A DNA stretch of 64,000 bases, from the IMG/VR virus record IMGVR_UViG_3300032007_000071, positions 1-64,000 of that record. The stretch is one strand, 5' to 3'. Under the pieces are notes generated by a model that saw nothing but the letters and a program-made list of their open reading frames with translations, searched no databases and was not told where the DNA came from. Below, one piece after another: positions 1 to 10,656 of the stretch (its first letter is position 1; every line of letters starts with the position of its first letter). The DNA is from a virus. Its lineage: Duplodnaviria > Caudoviricetes. The position numbers and the translations under genes are program-made.

Positions 1-2
1 AC

Positions 3-3000
3 AACCGAGCCAATGCGGATGCCATAGCCAAGCATGAAGCCCTCGACAAAGCCAAGGCGGAGGGTAACAAGAAACTGCAAGAGGAAAGTCAGAAGCTCTC
101 TCAACTACAAGGTAAGCGTGAGGCAAATGTCGCCAGTCTCAACAAAGAGAAAGAGGCGATCAGACAGAAAAACGAGGCGGTAGATGCCCAAGCCAAGATC
201 ATCAACGACGCTCAGCAGACACAGGCTAAGAGCCGCCAGCTCTCCATCGAGAGCATCGAAAAGTCCATTGCCCTCCTCAAACAAGAGAACCGGGTCATCG
301 GCGACGAGACCAACCCGCAGTGGGTGGAGAACGAAAAGACCATCGGACGACTGAACAGACGGCTGGAGGAGATGAAACAACATGCAGCCGAGTTACGAGG
401 AGAGGTGATGTCGACTGGCGATGCTATGAACATTGCGTATGATCTGTCTGGAAAGAACGGGCCAGTACAGGGTTCTTACTCCATCGAGCAAATACAACAA
501 GGACTTACATCTTTGCAATCTGCCAAGAACACCGCGACTGCCCCAGCTTCGATAAAAGAAATCGGCGAGGCCATTGACATCCTTACCCAGAAGATCAAAG
601 AGGCGAAAGGGGAAGCTATATCTTTGCAGGACGCACTTTCCATCGGAAAACAGGCACTCTCCGGTAAGTCAACCTTTATAGGTACCGCGGAGGAACTGCG
701 GCAAGCGAAGCAAGTGTTAGAGAGTACGCTGGCTACCACCTCAAAAGGATCAGACCGGTACAAAGAGATCCGGGAGGCATTAGCGGGCATCGCCGTCGAG
801 GAGAAGCGCGTGGGAGGAGTGTCAGCGGAGGTGCAGAAGATCCTCGACGAACCCAAGGGCCGCTCGTTCAACGAACTAAAGGTAGCTGTGGAGCAAGGGC
901 GTAAGGAGCTGAACAGTATGACCCGTACCACCAAGGAGGGTCAGAAAGCCTACGACGAACTCGCGGAGAAGGTGAAAGCTGCCGACTTAGAGATGAAGAA
1001 TCTCGGCAATGAGTCTAAGGGAACCGCAAGCCCGTTCGAGAAGGCTGTGTCTCGTTTGAAGACTTACGTCACCCTTTACATGGGTACCGCCGTCGCCTTG
1101 CAGAAGTTGTCGGGGCTAATGGACGACACGATGACGCTCTCCGACAAGATGGGTGAGGTGCGTAAGACTACCGGCTTCTCTGCCGAAGAGGTAGGGCGGC
1201 TCTCTAACAACCTTGCGAAGCTCGACACCCGCACGCCTATCCAGAACCTCATGGACTTGTCTGCTGCTGCCGGACAGTTGGGCTTGCACACCCAGGAAGA
1301 CGTGCAGGGCTTCACCGAGGCTGCCAACAAGATGCTGGTCGCCCTCCCCGAGATGGGACAGGAAGGTGCTACGGAGATGATGAAGATTGCCATCTCGACG
1401 AAGGAGGTGGACAGGATCCGTAAGGAGATGGAAAATGGCACCATCGAGGGCTCGTCGGCTACCGCTGTGGCCATGGAGAAGATTGCGTCTACCATCGACC
1501 GTCTGCGTGCCACCACTGCTGCTGCCGCTCCACCTATTGCCGACTTCGTGAAGCGTGTCGGTGCCGTGGGTGCGCAGAGCGGTATCACTGTGGATCAGGT
1601 AGCCGCCCTCGGTGCCACCGTTGACTCTCTCGGTATGGGTACCGAGATGGCTGCCACGGCTATCTCCCGTATGATCCCGGCTATCAAGAACCATGCGTTT
1701 GATATTGCGCGGGCTATTGGAGTTACGCCAAAGACCATTCGTGATTTGTATGATGGCGGTAAGGCTATGGATGTCATTCTGATGATACTGCAACATATCC
1801 ACGACCAGAATTTGAACCCGGACGGTATCGAGAAGCTCTTGGGCACGGGCGGCATGGGCGAGATCATGAAGGAACTCGACCAGCAGGGTGCTCGTGCCGG
1901 CATCGTGTTCGCAGGACTGTCGCAGAACGTTGGCGAACTGCGTAAGAACCTCGGTACGGCCAAGGAAGCCTATGCCGACAATATTGCCATTCAGCAGGAA
2001 TATGACAAGATGAACGACACCACCGCTGCCAGATGGGAACGCTTAAAGAACCAGCTTCAAGAGTTTTTCGTTAGCGATTCCTCTCAGAAGTTCTTTGGCG
2101 GTATCATCAGTGCTTTACGTGTGTTGGTCAATATCATTACTGATGACGGGCCTATTGGCAAAGCCTTGCGATACACGGCCGTTTACCTCGCGATGCTGAA
2201 AGCGAAGTGGACCGAAGCTATCGGCTCTGGTATCATGTATTTGGGTAAGCTCGTCTTTACCACGAAAGCCTCTACTGCTGCGTCGGCTGCTGATGCCACC
2301 GCTAAGACCTTTGAGACTACCACAACCGTTGCACTCGGAAATGCCAATGCTACCGCCGCAGCTAAGACGAATCTGTTCACAGCTGCATGGCGTAAGTTGA
2401 ACGCAGCGCAAAAAGCGAATGTAATTGCAGCTGTGGCAATGGCTATCGTATTGCTGACTGTGGCTGCGGTAAGGTTTGTTGTGCAACTTGCTTCGATGAC
2501 GAGAGCTCAGAAAGAGATGAATAAAGTCCAAGACCAGGCGGAAGAAAAAGCAGCGGAAGAAAGTAGCCGCTTGGAGCATCTGAGAAAGATCGTCAATGAT
2601 AACACAAGATCGGTGAAAGAAAGAAAGGCGGCTATCCTTGATATACAGAAAGTCGTACCTAACTATATCGCCACCGTAAACGGAGAAGGAAACGCTTATA
2701 AGCGAAACACGGAGTTGTTAAATGGCTATATCAAGAAGCTCAAAGAAAAGGCGCTTGTCGAGGGAGCCAAGGAAGAAATGCAGTCTTTGGGTAAAGAGAT
2801 AGCTCATACAACGGTGCAAATTGCCAAGCAAGAAAAGGCCATTAAAGACCGGCGCAAGGAAGCATCTGACGCTATGCAAACAAGGCCGCAGACCTCGCAA
2901 GGATCTGCTGCCCCCGTAGGCGTACAAGCACGGGCCGCTGCGTCGATGGAAATGCTCGGAATGCAATCGAAGTTGAAAAGTCTGCAAAATAAGAACCGTG

Positions 3001-6000
3001 AGGCCAACGACGCATTGCAAACCTTACAAGACAACTTCGGAAAGCAAATTGCCGAAAGCGACCTTGCAAACTCTCCTGGTAAAAAAGGAAACGGAGATTG
3101 GAACGATGGTGGCACTGGTGGTACTGGTGGCGGCAAGGGTGGCACCGGCGGTGGCGGTGGCACCGATAAAAACAGCCCTTGGGGAGCAAATCCAGATGCC
3201 GCTTCTACCGACTGGAAAAAATACAATGGAAAAGAGTTGGTTGCCCGCCGCAAGCAGATGAATGAGTTTGTCTTGGCTCTCCAGGGCGACACCGATGTGG
3301 AGAGTGTGCTGAGCGAGGATCCCGCACTGATGGCGGCGATGAAGAAGGGAAAGGTGAAGAAGGATGCGAACAGCGTCATCGCGTGGTACGACAAGCAGCG
3401 TCTTGCCATACAGGACGTGCTCCACTCCCGTGCCCTCACCAACACCGGCAACTGGAAAGACCCGAAGGTGGCGCACCATCGGGCGAAGTCGATCAGTGCC
3501 ATGGTGAAGAACGATATGTCTTACTACATGGACGAGCTCGACGCTTACTACACCGAGCAGAAGTCGCAGATCGAGGACGCACAGAACAGTGGCTTGATCA
3601 CCGAAGAGGAGGGTTGGCGACGGCTCTTGGAGAACGAGCGCATCTACCGTCAGCGCCGTGCCGAACTGCAACAGCTCTATGCCGGGAAGACGAAGGAGGT
3701 GACGCGGCAGGAGGCCAACAACATCTATTCCATCATTGCCGAGCGCACGGGCGACAGCGCCGACTTCATCAAGGTGAATATCGGCAAGACCAACGACCTG
3801 ATCCATCAGGCGGGACTGAAGAACGCCGCCATCGAGCGAAAGATCATCGGAGACCTCGACAAAGGTACGGAACAGGACTTCCTGAAGATGCGCACGGCAG
3901 TGAAGAAACAACTCGATGCCATTGAGGAGATTGTCAGCAAAGAACGTCCTTTCGACGGGATCGTGAAGAACCTGCGGCAGAACGTGGAGAAGATGGGTAT
4001 CATCTATACCGACCTCGACAAGCAAAAGGAGAAGCTCATCCTCTCTGGCAAGGGAAATGGCAGTGACGAGATGAAGGCGCTCAACGAGGAGTATGCCAAG
4101 GAGCGTCCGAACCGTCTGACGTTCCTCTTGAAAGAGAGTGAGAACGCTTATCAGAAGACTGGCGACACCCTCCTGAGCGACATGCGCGCCAACGGCTTCT
4201 CCAGTTGGGCGGATGCCATCACTAAGAGCGACGATGCCGAGAAGCTCAAAGAGGCACTCGTAGCCCAGCTCCATACCGTCTACGACAGTGTGCAGGATGC
4301 CATCAAGAAAGAAGCTTCGGAGGTGAAGAAGCAGGTGGACATCGCCTGGAACGATACCAACGTCCCGCTTATCGGTGGCAAGAGCATGAAGAATCTCTAC
4401 GAAGCAGCGGCAAATGCCCTCGGCGTGGAGCAGCAGAGCGTGAGCCGTGCCAACAGTCTCATCGGGGCGGGTGCCGCCTCGGAGCGGGTGGCCGACAAGC
4501 TCGCCATCCGACAGCTCCAGATCCAACTCAACATGCAGGAGCACTACTATGCGCTTGTGCGCAAGATTGGCCAGCAGCGCGTCGACGACCTCAAACGTCA
4601 GGAGGAGCAGTACCGTAAGCAAGGTGACTACGCCAAGGCGGAGGAAGCGGCCCTCGATGCCAAGCACGCGAAGATGAGTCTTAACCTCACACTCTCGGAG
4701 GAGGAGACCGACCTCGCCAAGCAGCGTGCGGAGATCAACGCAAGGGTGGAGGAGAGTCAGAACCGCCTCTATACCTCACTGAAGGAATGGGGCACGTTGC
4801 TCTCATCGTCGATGCAGAGCATGTTCGAGGCGAGCAACACGGGTGCTGCTGACTATTACAACAACCTCGCGAAGATGCGCCTCACGGGTGAGGGAAGTGC
4901 GGGAGGCACTTATGTCATCATCGACAACGCCGGGACGAAGGATGCCCAGGCCCACTACGAGAACCTCGATGGTGAGGACGCTCTGAAACGGCAGTTGGAG
5001 ATTGAGCAGCAGAATGCCGTGGCGGATGCCTGGAAGAAGGTGATGGATGACATCAACAAGAAGATCTCCGACCAGATCACCGACTGGATGAACGCCGCCT
5101 TGCAGACACAGTCCATCGACGCCAACACCGCGGCCTTGGAAGCCAACACCGCTGCCCTCTATGCCACAAGACCGAAAAACGAAGGCACGGCTGCTCCGAC
5201 TACCGGCAAGTGGGAGATGGGAAAAGACGAGGACGGTAACACCCTCTATCCACTCCAGCCCACGGAGGAAGCAGAAAACGGGGATCTGAGCAAGTGGCCA
5301 AGAGCCCGCCGCAAGCGTGCAGGACTGAGTGAGGACGGAAAATACGACGCTCCCGCGTGGCAGCTCTCTCCCCTCCAGCAGGAGGACGAGAAGCAGCACA
5401 ACACGTGGACCGGCCTCAGTGAGTATGGTGGCGGAGACGAAGCGCAGCAAGGCGCATCCCCACTCCTCTCCGATGACCAGATGGCGGCAATCACCGACCA
5501 GAACATGCAGGTTGCCCAGTCGAAAATCGACGCCAGCAATGCCGCCACGGAAGCGGTGATAGCCGGAAACAAGGCACAGCTGCAATCCACCAAGGATACA
5601 GGCGGTAAGATGGCAAAAGCCAGTAAGAGCACCTTCTCGGTGATGGCGCAGGCGATGAACATGTACGGCTTGGCTTATCAGGTGATGAGCAACGAGAACA
5701 TGAGTTCGACGCAGAAGTTCCTCACCTTCGCTTTGCAGAGTGCCGGTCAGGTGGCCATCGCCATGTTGACAACGAACATGTTGCAGACCGACGCCCAGAG
5801 TAAGGTGGAGCTCCCAGGTATCCTCGGCAAGGCGGCCTCTCAGCTCGGCCCTATCGCCGGTCCTATCGCCTTTGCCGCTATGACGGCCCTCCTCGGCGGT
5901 TTGATGGCCGTGGCCACCAGTAAGGTGTCGAAGTCGAAGTCCCAGATCTCCCAGGTCACGGGTGCCAGCGTTTCTGCCGGCCGTCTCTCCACGGGTATGC

Positions 6001-6563
6001 TGACCTATGCCACGGGTAACGTCAATGAGTTCACCGACCCCTCGACGCTCACCACCGGTCAGCAGTATAATGTCGATGCCGCAGACGGCCACACCTACCG
6101 TGCTCGTTACATGGGTGCCAATCCCAAGACGCATCTCACCAACGGCCCTGAGTTCCATCTTGTCGGCGAGCGGGGCCGTGAGGCGATCATCGACGCCAAC
6201 ACCACCCGCCAGTTACAGATGGACGACACGGGGATCTGGAAGTCTATCCAGACGCTCTACAATGGTGGAAGCATCCGCTCGGTACGTCGTGGTGGCATGA
6301 AGGCTTTTGCTACGGGCAACATCGACGAACTTGGAGAGGGCGCGGCGACTGCGGAGGTTCCTTCCGACGGCACGGCTCCCGCCACGTCCAACACCGACCT
6401 CCTTGCCGCACTTCAGGCCAGTCTCGACCGCAACACCGAGGTGATGCAGAAAGCAGTGGAGCATGGTATCAAGGGCGTGTTCAACGTCTACGGGAAAGAC
6501 GGACTGATCGACAGCTATGACCGTGGAAAGAAAAACGCGAACCGGTACGGAGAGCGGTACTGA
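3..6563 (+). CDS. Phage tail tape measure protein (5'-truncated; frame is open from base 3, so >2180 aa)
   Basis: Long Ala-rich helical/coiled-coil ORF with a TMP-like core (MGEVRKTTGFSAEEV...LAKLDTRT...AAAGQLG) and a hydrophobic mid-segment; no stop in frame from position 3 to the ORF-track start at 324. Confidence 0.9.
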   Translation, partial: NRANADAIAKHEALDKAKAEGNKKLQEESQKLSQLQGKREANVASLNKEKEAIRQKNEAVDAQAKIINDAQQTQAKSRQLSIESIEKSIALLKQENRVIGDETNPQWVENEKTIGRLNRRLEEMKQHAAELRGEVMSTGDAMNIAYDLSGKNGPVQGSYSIEQIQQGLTSLQSAKNTATAPASIKEIGEAIDILTQKIKEAKGEAISLQDALSIGKQALSGKSTFIGTAEELRQAKQVLESTLATTSKGSDRYKEIREALAGIAVEEKRVGGVSAEVQKILDEPKGRSFNELKVAVEQGRKELNSMTRTTKEGQKAYDELAEKVKAADLEMKNLGNESKGTASPFEKAVSRLKTYVTLYMGTAVALQKLSGLMDDTMTLSDKMGEVRKTTGFSAEEVGRLSNNLAKLDTRTPIQNLMDLSAAAGQLGLHTQEDVQGFTEAANKMLVALPEMGQEGATEMMKIAISTKEVDRIRKEMENGTIEGSSATAVAMEKIASTIDRLRATTAAAAPPIADFVKRVGAVGAQSGITVDQVAALGATVDSLGMGTEMAATAISRMIPAIKNHAFDIARAIGVTPKTIRDLYDGGKAMDVILMILQHIHDQNLNPDGIEKLLGTGGMGEIMKELDQQGARAGIVFAGLSQNVGELRKNLGTAKEAYADNIAIQQEYDKMNDTTAARWERLKNQLQEFFVSDSSQKFFGGIISALRVLVNIITDDGPIGKALRYTAVYLAMLKAKWTEAIGSGIMYLGKLVFTTKASTAASAADATAKTFETTTTVALGNANATAAAKTNLFTAAWRKLNAAQKANVIAAVAMAIVLLTVAAVRFVVQLASMTRAQKEMNKVQDQAEEKAAEESSRLEHLRKIVNDNTRSVKERKAAILDIQKVVPNYIATVNGEGNAYKRNTELLNGYIKKLKEKALVEGAKEEMQSLGKEIAHTTVQIAKQEKAIKDRRKEASDAMQTRPQTSQGSAAPVGVQARAAASMEMLGMQSKLKSLQNKNREANDALQTLQDNFGKQIAESDLANSPGKKGNGDWNDGGTGGTGGGKGGTGGGGGTDKNSPWGANPDAASTDWKKYNGKELVARRKQMNEFVLALQGDTDVESVLSEDPALMAAMKKGKVKKDANSVIAWYDKQRLAIQDVLHSRALTNTGNWKDPKVAHHRAKSISAMVKNDMSYYMDELDAYYTEQKSQIEDAQNSGLITEEEGWRRLLENERIYRQRRAELQQLYAGKTKEVTRQEANNIYSIIAERTGDSADFIKVNIGKTNDLIHQAGLKNAAIERKIIGDLDKGTEQDFLKMRTAVKKQLDAIEEIVSKERPFDGIVKNLRQNVEKMGIIYTDLDKQKEKLILSGKGNGSDEMKALNEEYAKERPNRLTFLLKESENAYQKTGDTLLSDMRANGFSSWADAITKSDDAEKLKEALVAQLHTVYDSVQDAIKKEASEVKKQVDIAWNDTNVPLIGGKSMKNLYEAAANALGVEQQSVSRANSLIGAGAASERVADKLAIRQLQIQLNMQEHYYALVRKIGQQRVDDLKRQEEQYRKQGDYAKAEEAALDAKHAKMSLNLTLSEEETDLAKQRAEINARVEESQNRLYTSLKEWGTLLSSSMQSMFEASNTGAADYYNNLAKMRLTGEGSAGGTYVIIDNAGTKDAQAHYENLDGEDALKRQLEIEQQNAVADAWKKVMDDINKKISDQITDWMNAALQTQSIDANTAALEANTAALYATRPKNEGTAAPTTGKWEMGKDEDGNTLYPLQPTEEAENGDLSKWPRARRKRAGLSEDGKYDAPAWQLSPLQQEDEKQHNTWTGLSEYGGGDEAQQGASPLLSDDQMAAITDQNMQVAQSKIDASNAATEAVIAGNKAQLQSTKDTGGKMAKASKSTFSVMAQAMNMYGLAYQVMSNENMSSTQKFLTFALQSAGQVAIAMLTTNMLQTDAQSKVELPGILGKAASQLGPIAGPIAFAAMTALLGGLMAVATSKVSKSKSQISQVTGASVSAGRLSTGMLTYATGNVNEFTDPSTLTTGQQYNVDAADGHTYRARYMGANPKTHLTNGPEFHLVGERGREAIIDANTTRQLQMDDTGIWKSIQTLYNGGSIRSVRRGGMKAFATGNIDELGEGAATAEVPSDGTAPATSNTDLLAALQASLDRNTEVMQKAVEHGIKGVFNVYGKDGLIDSYDRGKKNANRYGERY

Positions 6564-6597
6564 TTTTTCCGACTGAAACTTACCCAAACCTTGAAAT

Positions 6598-6638
6598 GAA
6601 AAATCGGCCATACCAATTAAGGTGTGACCGATTTTTAT
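6598..6638. terminator. Bidirectional intrinsic terminator after the TMP gene
   Basis: aaaaatcggccatacc-aattaa-ggtgtgaccgattttt hairpin with A- and T-tracts, between convergent genes. Confidence 0.65.
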
Positions 6639-6756
6639 ATTGCCTTTTTTATATTAAGTGCCGTAAAACCAACAAGTCTTTAGCTTGCGGGATATAAGAC
6701 GCCATCCTTGTTGTTTAATATATTCTCTTATGATGTTATGTCTGTTTTTACGCAAA

Positions 6757-6802
6757 GGCTGCGGGAATGCCCATAGCCTTTAGGCATGGGATGAGAGCAG
6801 CC
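6757..6802. mobile_element. IS200/IS605-type end palindrome (non-autonomous remnant)
   Basis: ggctgc-gggaatgcccatagcctttaggcatgggatgaga-gcagcc; the ccca..gcctttaggcatggg hairpin resembles IS605-family subterminal hairpins. Confidence 0.45.
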
Positions 6803-6927
6803 GTCATACTTTTTTTTGGTCTTCAATGTATCTTATAATTGTATTTTCTGATATATGACCTATTGTCTCGCATTTACCGAGCAATAAAAAGTCGAGCAAT
6901 GTCCAATAGAACATTACCCGATTTTGA

Positions 6928-8868
6928 CTAACCGAACATGGCGATATTCCCGAATCTTCCTCTCAGTGTCCCTCCGACTTTACTTCGTCCGTCACCACAT
7001 ACATCGACGCCGATAACAAGGTCGTCGAGGGCATCGGTGATGTCGGTTCGTGTACGGGGGTCTCCGCCTAACGATCCCTCGGAGGTCGCTTTGAGTTTTT
7101 CTTTACTTTTGTCCTTGCGAAAATCATCGAGCACTCCACAGTTCTCGATAGCCGCTATGAGGTATTCATTGTATCCTGGCGAACCGTTAATGCAAATCCA
7201 GAATGGGGTACCACTGGCACCGGCCAGGATGTCGTTGATGAATTGGAACTTTCGAGCGTGTTTCCACGGTGCACCGAAGTAGCCTGCATCCGGGTCTATC
7301 TTCCAGCCGAGCGATGTTAGTTCGTTGGCCACCACTCGGTCGAAACGTGAGTCCTCGCCATTTTCTACGGCGTAGGCCGTGGCACCACCCTGCTTGATGG
7401 TACTGGAATAGTAGAACAAAATATCTTTACACCCCATACGTTTCAGCGGCCCGTAGTAATCGTCGAAATCACGAATAAGGCTTCGCAACTTACGGTTGTT
7501 CATGGTGAAGAAAGAACGGAGGATAAAGAGCGTCGGTCTGTTGTTCCAGGTACGCAGTTGTCCGACCACCATGCAGTTCAGATTGGCGTTGCAGTCGATG
7601 GCGATACGCAACGGCAGGGTCGGGTCCAAATCTACATCGCATAGGCAGTTGAGCACCGAAGCCTCACATTGCTTCAGGTCCAATTCTTCCGTCTCGTATT
7701 CGGTAGGATAACGGTGTACGTCCAAGGCAGTACCCTTGCGCTTCACGGTGAACTTATCGGCAAGAAGATCGTAGGTGTTCGTTTTTATGGCCGACACATC
7801 ATCGGGGTTGTAGGTATGGATAGATGCGTCGAAATTGGCATAGTAGCCATCCTTTGCGCTGCGTGCCATACGTCCCAATACTTGTATCTCGAACATCACC
7901 CTCGGAAGCTGACGTTCAAGACTACGAATGAAGTCGAGCGACACCATGTTAAGGTTCTCTATGGTGCTCCAGTTCCAGAACACAACGCTTTTGCTTCTGA
8001 GCGCATTGAGCTTGCGCAGGTAGTTGTCATTCTGTGCCAATCGTACAGCAAGCTTCGGATCATGCTTCTCCAAGTATTTCAACTCGGCCAGCATCTCAGC
8101 TATCTGCTTATTGACCTCTGTGGTCTCGTTTTCTTTCTCTTTCTCCCACTCACATTGAGCCTGGCTGAGTCCTGCATCACTTACCCATAATTGTGACAAC
8201 CAATAGGGGTTCCTGTCTGTTGTACCGTATCCATAACGCTTCGCTTCCGTCTTGCGTGCCGACTCTGGCATGAAGTCACCACGAAGGGTGGGCAGCACCT
8301 CTTCTTTTACTCTCTGCCAAGGAAGGTATTTTGTCTCGTCACCTACGAGCGCAGCAAGGTTGAGACCGTTGGCAGACCCTTGCCGGACAGCCATACTCAA
8401 CATCTGCCAAACGAAGCCATTGGAGAAGTGTACGCAATTCTCCCACACTCTCGGTTTGGCCAATGGTGTATCCCAATGTAACTTCGCTGGTGCCTGTCCG
8501 AGAAAGTAGAAACCCTCGAAACCGAGTTGGTTGACAACCTTTAGAGCGTTGGGCATGGTACGCGTGTAGAGCTGTTTGGCGCTCATTCCGACGAAACCAC
8601 CCATCTGCCTGGGCATACCTAAGACACACTTCATCATGTGAAGGCCGATGTAAGAGGTCTTACCGAAACCGCGGGCGGCACGCACGTAAGTGGTGCGTGC
8701 CTGCCAGTTGTACATTTCCAGCTGGGCCCGATGCAGGTATATCTTATGCACGCCGTCTCCGGCAAGGTCTATCTCGCCGCCATCGTCCTTGGCACGCTCG
8801 ACATCGGGCATCATACGAGCCTCCAGTTTGTCACTGCTCCTGTCGAGATTCGTCCCCACTCTGCTCAT
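6928..8868 (-). CDS. terL: Terminase large subunit
   Basis: Walker A ARGFGKT, Walker B LVGDETKY, C-terminal RNase H-like nuclease (IAIDCN...DITDALDD). Confidence 0.9.
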   Translation of the reverse strand: MSRVGTNLDRSSDKLEARMMPDVERAKDDGGEIDLAGDGVHKIYLHRAQLEMYNWQARTTYVRAARGFGKTSYIGLHMMKCVLGMPRQMGGFVGMSAKQLYTRTMPNALKVVNQLGFEGFYFLGQAPAKLHWDTPLAKPRVWENCVHFSNGFVWQMLSMAVRQGSANGLNLAALVGDETKYLPWQRVKEEVLPTLRGDFMPESARKTEAKRYGYGTTDRNPYWLSQLWVSDAGLSQAQCEWEKEKENETTEVNKQIAEMLAELKYLEKHDPKLAVRLAQNDNYLRKLNALRSKSVVFWNWSTIENLNMVSLDFIRSLERQLPRVMFEIQVLGRMARSAKDGYYANFDASIHTYNPDDVSAIKTNTYDLLADKFTVKRKGTALDVHRYPTEYETEELDLKQCEASVLNCLCDVDLDPTLPLRIAIDCNANLNCMVVGQLRTWNNRPTLFILRSFFTMNNRKLRSLIRDFDDYYGPLKRMGCKDILFYYSSTIKQGGATAYAVENGEDSRFDRVVANELTSLGWKIDPDAGYFGAPWKHARKFQFINDILAGASGTPFWICINGSPGYNEYLIAAIENCGVLDDFRKDKSKEKLKATSEGSLGGDPRTRTDITDALDDLVIGVDVCGDGRSKVGGTLRGRFGNIAMFG

Positions 8869-9547
8869 GTTGCGCCTCCTTGGTCTCGTTTTCTTCCTGC
8901 TGGTTCTCTATGTCGGCATCGGCACCGTTGCCGCTTCTGGCTTCCATCGTGGCCACCTCGTCCTCTACCATCGTGCGTTTCTCGTCGATGTAAGCACCGT
9001 ATTTCTCGGCAATGCGCTTCACCTCCTCGTCGTCGATGTTCTCTCTGTCGCTGTCTACCTCCTTGATGTTCGTGACCACCACGGACGGCAGGAATGACAC
9101 TTTATTGATGTCGGCTCTGTTATCCTCCGGCTTGTCGAGCCCAGCCACCTGAAACAGTCGTTGACTGCCTTTATCCAGAGCCATCACGTTGTCAGTTTCC
9201 ATGCCGATGCTGATCATCTTCTCCGCAGCGACCTGCACCTTCATACGTGCCTCGTTGCGTGACATCGGACTGACGGTATCACGGATATACTCGAAGAGTT
9301 GGATGTCTTTTTGTGCCGCGCGTGTCTCCGAGGGTGGGTCAGCGAAATGACCTTTCACGAGCTGGCGGAGCAGTGCCTTGTAGTCTATGGTGAAGGGGTT
9401 GCGGATCCACTGCCAGTAGACGTGGCTCACCCTTGCCAGTCTCCGTTTCTGGTCTTGACGCAGGGCGAGGTCGTCGATCGGAACTCCGCTCTCAAAATGG
9501 AGCAGCGAGTAGGACATCAGGTCTGGCGGTAATGATGATTGATTCAT
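8831..9547 (-). CDS. Hypothetical protein directly upstream of terL (possible small terminase)
   Basis: 238-aa helical ORF overlapping the terL start; role inferred from position only. Confidence 0.55.
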   Translation of the reverse strand: MNQSSLPPDLMSYSLLHFESGVPIDDLALRQDQKRRLARVSHVYWQWIRNPFTIDYKALLRQLVKGHFADPPSETRAAQKDIQLFEYIRDTVSPMSRNEARMKVQVAAEKMISIGMETDNVMALDKGSQRLFQVAGLDKPEDNRADINKVSFLPSVVVTNIKEVDSDRENIDDEEVKRIAEKYGAYIDEKRTMVEDEVATMEARSGNGADADIENQQEENETKEAQHEQSGDESRQEQ

Positions 9548-9565
9548 AATAAAAACCTCCTTTCC

Positions 9566-10081
9566 TTAACCTACCACTTTCTCCACACTGGCGATCATGG
9601 CGCACATGGTCTTGTAGTAGTTGGGGTCGGTGGCATATTTACAGCCAGTGTTATTCACAATGCGCTTGGCGAACTCACGTGCGTTCTTACGGTAGGGCCA
9701 GGCATCGGCATAGCCGGGCTTCTGGAACAACCGTAGATGTTCCTGCAAGCACTCCTCGTAGGATGAGAAGTTCTTAAACAACCGATACACCTTATAGCGG
9801 TAGCCCCCTGCCGGACGTTTCGTCACACTGACCACCTTCTCGGGTGCCACGAACTTCTTGTTCGGTACGGAGAAGACCTCAGAGGTCAGTACGAGGATGC
9901 AGCGGTTGGCGGGCCACGTACCCCGTGTGATACCGAAGACGTTGTAGTTGCCAATCTTCTTCAGTCCCCAGCTCGACTCCAGGCACGCCTGAGCCGCCAC
10001 GAAGACGGGGTTGATCTCATTGAGTTTCAAGGCTGCCTGATAGATCGCCTTGCAAAAATCCTGTTGTGCTTTAGTTGCCAT
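9566..10081 (-). CDS. Endolysin, GH73 glucosaminidase
   Basis: AAQACLESSWG catalytic Glu, NVFGI, and YATDPNY motif typical of GH73/FlgJ. Confidence 0.88.
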   Translation of the reverse strand: MATKAQQDFCKAIYQAALKLNEINPVFVAAQACLESSWGLKKIGNYNVFGITRGTWPANRCILVLTSEVFSVPNKKFVAPEKVVSVTKRPAGGYRYKVYRLFKNFSSYEECLQEHLRLFQKPGYADAWPYRKNAREFAKRIVNNTGCKYATDPNYYKTMCAMIASVEKVVG

Positions 10082-10120
10082 GTTATTTTGTGTTTGTGAT
10101 TATTGTCTGTTTCGACGGGA

Positions 10121-10465
10121 CTAATCCCCGTCATACTCCTCTGCCTCCTGCCATCCCGTCGGTGGCTCGTAGCCGTCTTTCTCTTTGAGGTACATCACGC
10201 GCTTGCCCGACAGCCAGTGCCAGACGAAGCCCATGTCGAGCAGTCCCCGTTCCGCCTCCGGCCATGGGTCTCCGAGGTCGATGGTGGCACGCAGTCCCAT
10301 AGCGTCGCGTAGCTGTCCCACGTCCATGACCTCCACGCCGATGTCGAACTTCGGCCACGGGATCCAGCGGTCGGCAAAGGCTTCGACCATCGCGTCGATG
10401 TTCGCCTTGGCAGCACTGATGTCCGTCACCTTGATCGGTTTCTTCTCTCCGTCTTCCATAGTCAC
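10121..10465 (-). CDS. Hypothetical phage protein
   Basis: 114-aa ORF coupled to its neighbours in the minus-strand operon. Confidence 0.65.
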   Translation of the reverse strand: MTMEDGEKKPIKVTDISAAKANIDAMVEAFADRWIPWPKFDIGVEVMDVGQLRDAMGLRATIDLGDPWPEAERGLLDMGFVWHWLSGKRVMYLKEKDGYEPPTGWQEAEEYDGD

Positions 10466-10656
10466 CTCCGTTCCTTACGCATCGCCTTGACGACCTTGGT
10501 GTAGAAGCCGTCGTAGGACTTCGAGCCGCACCATTCCTCACAGCTCATCCGTGCGTTGACGGCAAATTCGTTGAGCCTACAATGCCATTCCTTGATTCCG
10601 CCGGCGGCGGCATTGCCTACCGCCTGTAGACAGTTCATACAGTTCTTTTCCATCAT
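10462..10656 (-). CDS. Small Cys-rich hypothetical protein
   Basis: 64 aa, CxxC...C...C, 4-bp overlaps with both neighbours. Confidence 0.55.
   Translation of the reverse strand: MMEKNCMNCLQAVGNAAAGGIKEWHCRLNEFAVNARMSCEEWCGSKSYDGFYTKVVKAMRKERR

Noticed and set aside
3024-6158. Long antisense ORFs (3024-4667, 4803-6158; also 39819-41432, 53576-54859, 58796-59794)
   Set aside because: Shadow frames of GC3-rich, well-supported genes on the opposite strand
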